From assembly GCA_002189035.1 (NCBI GenBank), contig NEEC01000019.1, positions 806,001-870,000 on the forward strand: DNA of 64,000 nucleotides, in the 5' to 3' direction. Numbering within the stretch: the first letter of the stretch is position 1; every line of letters begins with the position of its first letter. The stretch comes from Utricularia gibba. Taxonomy: Eukaryota; Plantae; Magnoliophyta. Shown in pieces: positions 1-10,799 of this stretch. The translations under genes were made by a program, and so were the position numbers. The notes beneath the pieces are model-generated. The model was not told the origin of the DNA, made no database searches, and saw only the letters and a program-made list of their open reading frames with translations.

Positions 1-1619
1 AAAAAGTACTGAATTCGAACTCAAAAATCATGAAGTTGAGTCGAACATTGGATTCAATCTATAATTTTAAAACACTAGTCTCGAATATTTATGGGTAAGA
101 TCATGCCATGCTCCTCATCAAATATGATTTTGAAGAATAACTATCACCATAGTTGTGTATTATAAATAATCATCCTTAATCATACCATTTTACCATAAAA
201 ATATTAAATATAAATTTTTAAGTAGTTTTATATTTTATTTAAAATTTCAAAAACTATTCTCACTTCACTATATATATGAGAAAGAAAATATAGGATGATT
301 AATTTTCAAAATAAGTCATTTTAATCTAGTGAGACTCATCCAACATGCTCACATTAGGTGCATGCTAGGTGAGCATATGCTTTTTCTATGTTTTTTTTCA
401 AATATTATTTAATGATGATTTCGTGGCAATAAAATACCATACAAAATTGGGGTGATTGTAAAGAAAATTAAAAATTAAAAAATGTGATATATACTAGATA
501 CTATTGATTGGCTTAATTATTGATTTAAATATAATTTTTGAAATTACCATCACTCAATAATATATTTTTATAAGATGAATATACATATTATAGAAATATC
601 TATCAAAATTATTAATAGTATTATTTGTCATTGAAATTTATATTATAAAATAAATAAATAAATTGAAAGTAAATTAAAAATTAAATTTAGTTAAATTGTT
701 TGACTGAAAAAATTAAAAAAACAGCGCCCATAATATAAATTTCTTACTGTAATGGATCAAAGAACTGGAATGGGAAGAAGATCATCCCGCAGGGCGTTCA
801 ACTCACGAGGTTTTCATCACAGAAAATCACGGTGTTGCAGTTTCAGATGGCACGGAAGCTCATTAAATGCAACTGCATGAACAAGGATTCTTCTGTATTT
901 TATCCACAACTTGTGGGTTTTTGGGTCCGTATAATAAAAACGCATATGCCCCGTTCATGGGTGAATGTGCCGCTGTCGGCTATCGGCTGGGCTCTGTGAA
1001 ACATACAAAGCCTGGGAACTCTCCTTGTATTCTTATCAGCCGAGGTTTGTGGGTGGTGAGTTCAAGGAGGCATACTCACTGCGTCCAGAAGAAAATGAAA
1101 TGGAACTCATGGCGGTGTCATTTCACGGCTGGAAGCGGGGCTCTTTCCAAGAAAAATGCTCGTGGGTACCTGCTGAAGTCAGGAAGTGAGGGAAAAAATT
1201 CTGGGCTTTTAATTTATTGCGAAATCCGATATGGGTTATTCGCGTAATGATGCGCCGGATTCGTTTTGAAAGGAAGTTGTGTGTTTTTTGTGCTTTATTT
1301 GGTAAAGTATGTAGACATCTAAGGCGGTTTGATTTTTGTATGGGGTAGATTGTCTATGCTCATGATTTTGACGTTGCTGTGTTTATTAGTAAAGTAATGG
1401 GGGAAGCTGCAAGTTGTATAAAAAAATGCATATCCGTGTATCTGTGGTCTATATTCTCTGTGCGTATGCCCCTTATCACCTCGTGGTGTCTTAATTGTTT
1501 CAGAGAAACCTCATGTGATTCATCTCATTTGGTCTGAATATTAAACTTTGAAGAGGTTGGATCTCAAGGACGGATAGTTTTATGAACCTGGATGTGGTTC
1601 CAGTCCTGTGTGTTGAAGG

Positions 1620-3930
1620 ATGCCTCAAGGTGAGTATTCAAGAATAGCTGGAAGAAGGCATGAATCTGGGAACTATTTTCCATTTCTTAATGGTTTTTCA
1701 TCCAGGTAAATGAAGTTGAGTTTCATAAGAATCCCTGAGGGCTTTTGTTTTTAATGCTGCTTATTTCCCTCAGGGTTGGTGGTGATTTGTCTGAGTTAGT
1801 CTGGGAGAATGGCCAGGTTACAGTGCAGGGACAATCCTCAAAACTCTCAAGACCTTCTCTTGTCACCAGTTTACCTTCTGGGGTTCCGAGTGAACCCATT
1901 GAAGGTCAAAAAATTGGTATCTTGCATGATATTTCGCCGGTAGTGCCACCGAGTGAATTAGATTTGTGTCTAACCAATGAATTGGCTCCATGGTTAGATT
2001 ATCCATTTGATGATGGTATGGAACAGGGGTTTGGCTCTCAACGCCTACCTGAGGTGACTGCTGTTATGGAACATGGAATATCCGACGGGAATGGTTGTGA
2101 ATTGGGTCAGAGTAATTTAGATTCCGGTGAAAAGGGTCCTCCGTTTTCATATGACCCTCTGTGGCCGTTGCAGAACCGGCAGGCACCCGGTGGTTCTGGA
2201 TCCAGAGCTCAGGATAGTATTAGCAACCAGACAGAGTATCTGTTTGAGAATCAAGATCAAAATAGGGACTTGTTTAGTGATGATAGACATAGAAGAAGTA
2301 ATTCCAAAATGGTGAATTTCCCCCACTTTTCTAAACCAAATGCAGCCAACCTCCAAGACCCTGTTGGAATTCCAGCTTCTGGTGGACCTAATAGCAAGAA
2401 TATTGACACTAGTTTTCATGTTTCAGCCGCACCAGAAGAGGTGTCCAATGCAATGCAGGAGTTGGCGAAACAAGTACTCAATGAGGACTTACCCAAGGAA
2501 ACTGACAATGGGAACATGAAGCTTCAAGTTCAAGGGTCTGAAACATTAGAAAAACAAATCTCTTGTGACGAGTTACCAGTTGAGCAGAATGTAGCTTGCT
2601 CATCAGTAGGCTCTGGACATGGTGCTGAAGTTGTTTCTTCTGATCAAACAAATCAATGTAAAAGAAAATCATTTGATGCCGATGATTCGGGAGTCCATAG
2701 CGATGTAAGCCAATGGAGATCATGCCCTTGCTCCATTCTTTGCCAATCCACTTACCCTTGTTTTTTTAATTGATAGGATGATGATATAATCTATGTTGCG
2801 GAGAAAAAACATGCCCCTTCTGGACGAGGTAGTGTATCAAGAAGAAGTGAGGTTGTGGAAGTTGACACAGACCATGTTGATGGAAAGAAACCTACTCCGC
2901 CTCGTAAGGGTACCTCTGGATCGAAAAGGAGCAGAGTAGCTGAAGTCCATAATCTTTCAGAAAGGGTAGGCGAGTCATGTTCAACTCAGAGGTTGATTAC
3001 TTCAAACCCGTAGTTCGTTCTTGGCATTTGATTTGTGTCATTATTTTTAAAATGTCTAAACAGAGACGAAGGGACAGAATCAATGAAAAAATGAGAGCAC
3101 TCCAGGAATTAATACCCAACTGCAACAAGGTAATGCTTGAATTCCCTCGTTCGTCATTGTTCCTGTCTTGAAGTTTTTGTTTCTTACTTGCAGGCAGATA
3201 AAGCTTCAATGCTCGGTGAGGCAATTGAATATCTGAAGATGCTCCAATTTCAAGTACAGGTACTTGAAGCTCTTCACCTTCTTCTGCTCAAGACTTTTGT
3301 AGAGATGTCAAGATCAGGACGCAAACTGTTAGTGGTTTGAGGACTTTTTCACTTTTTTTTTCCCCTTGCAGTTCATGTCAATGGGAGGTGGATTATGCAT
3401 GCGACCAGTGATGTTCCCACAAGGAATTCAACCCATGTATCATCATCATCATCTTGCTCCTTTTCCACCGATGGGAGTCGGAATGAGTCCTGGATTCGGT
3501 ATGGGCATGGTGGACAGCAGATCCCCTATCTTCCCTGCAACTCTACCTCCAATGCCACACATCCCTTCTCCTGTATCAGGACCATCAAGCATGTTCAGGG
3601 TCACTGGCCCTGGCCTCCCAGTCTATGGACACCCCTGTGAAGGACCTCCGGCACAGATGAACTCCCAACATGCAGCCGTTCCTGCTACCGGTTATCACAA
3701 CAAACAACCATGCCCACCTGCGGCCCTTAATCCCACGAACCCGAACACAAAAACCAGTTCCCGGTCAGCGTCCTCAGCCGCAGTCAGCCGTCGATCTCGT
3801 CAGGTTTCTTGCTCTCCCCTCATAAGATGAAGGCTTCTGTAACCTCATTCCTGTTTCAGCTTCGTCTCAGGTTGAAGCAATGAACCAGTCCACCACCACT
3901 CAAGATGTAAATGCTGTACACTCCAAGTAG
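1620..3930 (+). CDS. PIF3: Phytochrome-interacting factor 3-like bHLH transcription factor. Exons ~1620-1705, 1774-2704, 2777-2965, 3064-3129, 3194-3259, 3372-3803, 3871-3930.
   Basis: APB motif [12 protein letters not shown]-like motif [10 protein letters not shown], and b[47 protein letters not shown] split by two 66-nt exons as in PIFs. Splice phases are consistent from ATG 1620 (MPQGEYSR...). Confidence 0.9.
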
Positions 3931-4604
3931 CACACCGGCGTCCAAATAGGCACCCGGCTCGAACCACCCAGCCATGTGTTAATCCCAGATGGTGGTGCTG
4001 CTCTCCAAGCAGTTTCTTTCTGGATACAGACCCTGCGCTTCCTGCTGCCCGCATCGCATGCAATGGAATGATGACGACAAGGTGAAAGTCTAGTGATAGT
4101 CCTGAGATTTGAGTTTGTTTGGATACGTTGTACGATATCTGCGTGTACTTTTTTTCCCCTAACGATGTGTATGTAGTACGAGGTGAAATCCTTGTAGTGA
4201 AGAGTTGATGGATGTCTTGGATTTTTAGGGTTAGTTAACGTGCTTTTTTCTTTGATATCAATTAGGTTATTTTTTGTAGATGATTTTAGAAATAATTTAT
4301 TTAATATTAGTATTTGATAAAAAAAAAATTAAATAAAGTCGTCATTTTAATTTACAATTAATTTTAGGTAAATTTATATTTCACAATAAAAATAAAAAAA
4401 TATAATATTTTTTTATATTAAACTACCCTCAGAAATTTACCGATCAAACTACAAATTGACGGCTCCCATACCTGGCCTAGCCTCCACGTGCTTGACCCAT
4501 GCCTTCCGACTGCCTTCCGCCGCCAACCGAAAGCTCTCCGGCCTTTCTCCCGTCGTCCTCCCCACACCGTCCGTACAACCTCTCGTTTTATATTCCTTCC
4601 CTCC

Positions 4605-4775
4605 ATGTGGGCCCCATCCAGGCCCTTCTCGATTTAAGTGGGTCTTGGCCCATCAACTCACCCAACTCCTTACCTTCTCCACCCTTCTTTTTGGGCCTTC
4701 ATCCACCCACACCTCTCGGCCCAAATATTCGACCAACTTAGCCCAACGAACTTCTTGTACATCCCGGCCCAGCGG
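4605..4775 (+). promoter_or_regulatory. Cluster of TCP site II elements (TGGGCY/RGCCCA) upstream of the uL29m gene
   Basis: TGGGCC at 4608 and 4692, GGCCCA at 4648, 4718 and 4766, AGCCCA at 4740. Such clusters are typical of promoters of ribosomal and mitochondrial protein genes. Confidence 0.6.
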
Positions 4776-5111
4776 CCCTTCTCCAGGTCGCGCCTCAATC
4801 CTCCCCCTAACGCCCTTCGTCCCGAAGCGTGAAGAGGAACCGTCAACACCGATTCGTCTGTAAGTTTCCGCTCGTTCAATGCAATTTTTCTGTTTATTGT
4901 TTGAGTGAGAGTAGCTTGTGTTTACTCACATTTTTTGCAGTTGTGTTTGGTGTTTCAAGCTTTCTTTTTTTTTTTTTCTGTGTAGAATTCTTATGCAATC
5001 CGTTTTTCGCTTTCGATTCACTCATGTTTGACAGTTTCCGGTCTGCTAAATTTTTAGTCTCGTGGTAATACTGTTAATTCTTGCAGAGTTTTTGTGCTCT
5101 TTGAGGTACGG

Positions 5112-6013
5112 ATGTTTCTGAGAAGGGTTCTTGGAAGAACATTTTTTTCGGCTGCCAAATCAGATGCTTCTGCGGCAGCGGCATCTGCATCATCTTTCAC
5201 TGCTCCGAGAAACCCCCTGGAAGATTTCTTTGAGACCGATATAAAACCCGATGATGAAATGCCAGTTGTATATGGTAAATCCATTCTCGGCTACCTGCTA
5301 ATCTGAAATTGCTAAGCATTTGGATAGCCTTTTTAGAAACTCCATCCGTATGCTGTGCACAAAGTTTGTTTTATGTAGTCCTTTTGTTACATATATCATG
5401 ACCTTAGAAGTTGAAGTATGAGATTTTAGTTTGTTCTGCTGTGTCTCAATAGCCAATACAAGGGGATGATGTATTCATTGAATGTGGTTGCAAGACATAT
5501 TTTTTGGGGGGTGAATTCTCTTTTTCACTCTGAAGGTTTTGAAGATAAACATGAGTGACATCTGTGCTAGTTATCCTTTTTTCTTTCCAATGGTCAAATA
5601 TATGCGTCTGGGCAGTAAACTAGCCTTTGTTTTGGCAAGTAGGTCGGAGCTGGAAGGCATCTGAGCTTCGCCTCAAGTCATGGGATGATCTTCACAAGCT
5701 CTGGTATGTTCTCCTAAAAGAAAAGAACATGCTGATGACCCAGCGCCAGATGCTTCACGCTCAAAACCTACGGTTTCCCCATCCCGAGCGTATCCCAAAG
5801 GTGATGAGATTTCCACAGCATCACTCTGTATTTCCTTTCGCCTGTCTCAACTCCCAGTAGAAGCAGCACTCTGAAATTTGGCCATGTTTCACGGTCATTG
5901 ATCAGGTTCGGAAGTCTATGTGCCGGATCAAGCATGTTCTAACCGAGCGAGCAATAGCAGAACCTGATCCCAGAAGATCAGCCGAGATGAAGAAGATGAT
6001 AAATATCCTGTAA
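5112..6013 (+). CDS. MRPL47: Mitochondrial ribosomal protein L47 / uL29m. Exons 5112-5274, 5643-5800, 5906-6013.
   Basis: Spliced product [16 protein letters not shown]...[38 protein letters not shown]...[15 protein letters not shown] contains the diagnostic [24 protein letters not shown] motif and an N-terminal mitochondrial-like presequence. Confidence 0.92.
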
Positions 6014-7514
6014 GCGGTCTCCCAACTTAAGAACCTCCATTTTAGTTCTCTGAAACTGCTTGTTCCAAGTTTCTGATCATCATTCTCTAGGACCATTTCT
6101 ACACTTAACGTGGGCCTTTGCATTGAGCCTTATCCAGGCCCTATATTTGACACCTCTTCAATTGCGTAAAATACACAAAATCAAATAGTACGGCAAGTAG
6201 CATTTTTTTGTTTTTGAATAAACATTTTTATAAATAATGTTTTAAAAAATTAAAAAATCTAGAAATATATTTATTTTAAAAAACTACAGAATTTTAATTT
6301 TTATATTTAAACGGAGGAGTCTGGTGTGTGGTTGGAGGAACATTGGGTTATGGGCAAAATGGTAATTTCTAAGGAAAAGATTATCATTTTTAGGGTTAGA
6401 CGATGAATTGAGGTAGTATTTGGGATTAGTTCATAATTACGACATTATTGCAAAAGGCTCCATGTGATTATGTCCCCTAAGTCTGCAATCATACAACTAA
6501 TCCCACTCCCAATATGTGTGGCGCGTCGTACTTTTTGTTGCGGAGACCAATCCAGGAGTGGCACGTAGCTTTTGACAGAACATGTTGGAGTGTCATCTTT
6601 GGATCATGTGCCACTGTATACATCATAGAGGCCTCCCACATGACATTACCCTTCGAAATAAAAAAAAAAAAGTGCCCTAACCAACTAATTAAAATTAATA
6701 ATTGCATTTTTTTAATAATGGAACATCGAACTTATTCTTTAATTTGAAATTGTGCTTCAAATTATTTAAATAAAATTATTAAAGTTATGAAAACATAATC
6801 AGTTTTGATATTATAAAATTATTTTATGCAAATATGCCAAATTTTATTATAAAAATTAATGTGAAGATATATATCATTTTTGAAATATATAAAAAAATAA
6901 ATAATACAATTTTTAATGAATTTTTTATTTGATTACTAAAATAAATATTCAAAAACTTAGTAATTTTAAAAATTAATCTCAGAATCTAAATTGTCAATTT
7001 TAATATAAAATGATTAAAAATTAAAATCTATAGTAATTCAAGAAATAGAAAAATCAGAATCTTACATGGGCTCGAGCCCTTTGTGATGATCATATGTTAT
7101 GACAGCGCGAGAAGCATGAAGATGATGATCGATGAGATTGAAAAGTTATCACTTGGGGTCGTGCCGACAGGTTCGGATCTGGGATCTGAAATTCCTATGA
7201 AGTAACATTATATTGGTAGTGTCTGCATCATCATTGATGATATTGTAATGGAGACAAAAGAAAAAGGACAAACGAATGTGGTGCAACTCCATGCCATGAT
7301 CACTACCACTTTGACGCCACCCAAAAAGCATTTACTTATTATATTCTCCATTTTTTGCCAGCTGCACATTCATCTCCGCTTCTTTGTAGGTAAATAATTA
7401 GGGTTTTTGAATAAATGTATGATTTACAGAATGATTTTATTTTTTAAAGTGAATTAAATAATGTTTTTTTAGAAAATAGAATATTATTTCAAATATATAT
7501 TTTGTAAAATATGT

Positions 7515-8085
7515 GTATTAAATATATTTTTAATTTTAATCATATAATATATGTCTATTTAAAGACAAAAAAATATAAATATAGTATTATCTAAATTATG
7601 TGGTTGTTATGTGTTATTGAAGGATATGTTTTTTTATATGTTCTAAACGTGTTTACCAAACACAATATCATTTTAAATATACATTTTGTTAAGTTTATGT
7701 ACTAAACATACTTTAATTTTATAATGCATGTTTATTTAAAAATAAAAGATATTGAATAAATTGTACATTTATTATGTAGTTTGGATGGATATGAATTTTT
7801 ATATTCCTTAGTATATGTATCAAATACAATATTATTTAGACATATATAAAATTTATCTATTAAATAGATCATTAATTTTAATCATATAATATATGTTTAT
7901 TTAAAGACAAAAAATTAAATATATTATTAACTAAATTATACATTTGTTATGTGTTTTTGAAGAACAAGTTTTCTATATATTTTAAATATATTTATCAAAT
8001 GCAATATTATTTTGACTAGATGTTTTGTAAAACTTATGTATTAAACGTACATTTACTTTTAATCATATAATACATATTTTTATAA
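7515..8085. repeat. Imperfect AT-rich direct repeat, two units of ~210-220 bp about 340 bp apart
   Basis: TTTTAATCATATAATATATGT.TATTTAAAGACAAAAAA...CTAAATTAT...TTGTTATGTGTT recurs at ~7535 and ~7876. Confidence 0.55.
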
Positions 8086-8303
8086 ATATATTATTAATTC
8101 ACCTATACGTGTTTTTGCAATAAATAAAAATCAGGGTTAGGAGTTAAAAAAAATGGAAAATGGAAAATTATCCGGAGCCCGGCATATTTTATTCATATGC
8201 CAAAGAAGGCTACATTTTAAAAATTGGTAATTGAAAGAAACGTTAGGTCGTAGTTTTATTCGTCGTCTAGGGTGATTGATGCCTTCGGGTTCGGGTTCGG
8301 GTT

Positions 8304-10094
8304 CTAAACTCCTGAATACGGAGCTGGTCTGGGGAGCCCCTCAACGATCCCGCACAGAAGCTGCGTATCCAGAATGTTGTACTCGTCTCTGAGGGACTTG
8401 TTGGGCGAGAGCACGCTGAAGTAGAGCTGCTGCCCCAAGTAGTTCCTCTCCATCATCGATGACCTCAAGTTCCACATTCCGGCGTTGTCCAGCGTCGTCA
8501 TCACCGCCGCCCAGCTCTTCGGGTACACTTGGATCGTGTGCCGGCTCACCGCGTCTAGCAGATTATAGTTCTTCCGTTTGTCAGGCGACCATTTCCCCGG
8601 CTCGATCCTTCGCCAAAGTACAAGGAATTCGTTACTTGAATAATCACAATCGTCTTACCAAATGTGGGTGCTTACGCGACGGCGAAGAAGGAGTAGCCCG
8701 ACAGATGCCAAGATTGGATGCTCTTCTCATCGTTCTGAAAGATGATCTCCACGAAGTTTCTAAAGATGGCGTTTTTAACACTGGGAGCCAGCTTGATCTT
8801 CTTGGTAGCTACATCTTCCGAGGGTTCGTCAGGCACCATATCGTACTTGAACACCTTGTCGGTGAGTCCGAAATACTCGGCCAGCTTCACCGGAGTCTTG
8901 GGATCGGTATGAGAAACTCCGTTCACGGCGTACCTAAGCTTCCCATCAACGGTCCCTGCGCTGTTCACGAACTTCATTGTTCTTGTGATGTTGATTTTTC
9001 CATATTGATAGGAGCCCTGAGGGTTAGGCCTCGCTGCACTGGCGGTAAGGTTCCATCTAAAAGACCTAAACTGGTTAAGAGACCACGCCCAACCGACCGG
9101 CGCCGGCGGTATGTCCGACGACGGGGCAGCATTGCTGCCGTTGTAACGGATGACCGCCGTGGCCGACAGAGCCGTCTTCGTGAATCTCGACGTTGCAACG
9201 AAGTAGTAGTCCTTGGGGTTTGATCTGCTGTAATAAGGACCGAGTAGCACTGCCCCAAGTGCAGATCAAGTGAATCGTACACGTTCTGAACCGTGTGCGA
9301 GCCCTCGATCTCCACCAACTTCAAGGTATGTTTCTGAACCCTGAAGTTGACAGAGTTCTTCACCCCGACATTGCAAACCCTAAAGCGATGCGTTTTTCCG
9401 GGTTCCATCGTGAACATCGGCTCCTTCATGTCCCGTTTCCCGTTGATGATGATCCCATCGGGCTTCCCCAGAGAACGCCCGGAGTCCAACTGCTTCTTCA
9501 ACGAAGCGTGGCCCTTTGTGTACCAATCGCCGACCAGCACGTTATACTCCGCCTGCGGCCACGGAAACGGCACCGGAATGAGATCACGGCTGTGGACGGA
9601 AAGCGGGCCGTACCCTCCCGCCGCACGATGAACACTCGTCGTCGGATAATAGAAATAGCTTCCAATCTGATCCTTCACTTGAAACTTGAACGTGTAGTTC
9701 GTCCCGGCTGAATAGGGCAGTTCGTCCCTGTCAACAAAGACACTATCTCAGAGAACCTCCAACAACAACACGATCAAGATCAGCAGTTCCCTGTAAATGC
9801 ATGTACCTGGTAGGCCTTCTTGCCACGAGTTCTTCCGCTGCTGGATTCCATTCCAGGTGAAGAGCAACGGCTCGTCGAGCTCGTTGAAGATGTTGACGAT
9901 GATGTTGTTGTTGGAGGTGCAGTTAATCCAGGGGCCGGGGAACTGGTCGTTGATGGTGATGACCTGCTGGGGACCCCTAGGGGAGAGAGGGTGCTGTACT
10001 TGACCTTCCATGTGTGGAACAAATAAGGATCCTCGGAGAGGACAAGGGAGGATGAAGATATCAAGAAAACGATGAAAACCCATGTTGATCCCAT
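8304..10094 (-). CDS. SKS: SKU5-similar / L-ascorbate oxidase homolog (pollen NTP303/Bp10, SKS11-14 type). Three apparent -1 frameshifts in this sequence. Introns 9728-9806 and 8608-8675.
   Basis: Signal peptide plus EDPYLFHTWKVKY..LSPLGVPQQVITIN.QFPGP, WNGIQQRKNSWQEG, GTNCPI, KDQIGSYFY, EGSHTVQN, SWHLSGYSFF, DNAGMWNLRS, and C-terminus LLCGIVEGLPRPAPY. Cu-ligand motifs are degenerate, as expected for SKS proteins. Confidence 0.88.
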
Positions 10095-10471
10095 GATCTT
10101 GCAAGGGAAAAACAATGTTGCCTGAAAGTAAGACAAGGAGGCGAAGTTATTTTATATGCAGACAAAGGGGATCGTGGCCTCTGAAATTCTTGGCGCTGTC
10201 CGTAAGAGATGGGGATGTTGCCTCCTCTGGTTTTCCTTCACTTTCTCCGCTAATGCAGTTTGACTTAGCCACCCCTAAAGCTTTTCTCAAGTAAGTTTCA
10301 TGTTTCAATTTACCATAATATAGATGGATTTTAGATGAGAAAACCGAACAAATCACAATCGGAATTAAAATATGTTAATGTAATGGAATAATTAATTTGT
10401 GCATATTATAAATTGAAACAAAAAAACTCCCACCTTTAAACAATAATCATCATTTAAAACACGTGTAATAA

Positions 10472-10713
10472 GGTGTTTCTAGTATAGTATAAAAGATTTA
10501 TACTTAAATTTACACATAAATCGCTGTTTGATTAATTAATATATGTATGACATTATTCTGTAATTATACCAGCCACATATTCATTTTTTAAATTTATGAG
10601 GTAATATATACAAATAGAGAAAGGGGGAGGGGAGTTAATTATATCTATAATAATCACACGCTTAAACTTTTATTTTCAAATATCCAATATTATATACTAA
10701 TACAATGTACTAA

Positions 10714-10754
<41 letters not shown>

Positions 10755-10799
10755 TATACTATATTTAAATATATTAATATTCTATTATCAAACGACCTC
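10472..10799. mobile_element. Tourist-like (PIF/Harbinger) MITE, copy 1, containing a (TA)n tract at ~10716-10750
   Basis: Flanked by TAA on both sides. The right end ATCAAACGACCTC resembles Harbinger TIRs, while the left TIR is degraded. The body aligns by eye with 55567-55858. Confidence 0.55.

Noticed and set aside
6400-6750. ORFs of 72-77 aa in a GC-balanced island 3' of uL29m
   Set aside because: No motifs or splice support; more likely cis-regulatory or TE-derived DNA.
8459-9711. Long plus-strand ORFs (254 aa, 138 aa) over the SKS gene
   Set aside because: Antisense shadows of a GC-rich coding region with no recognisable protein features.
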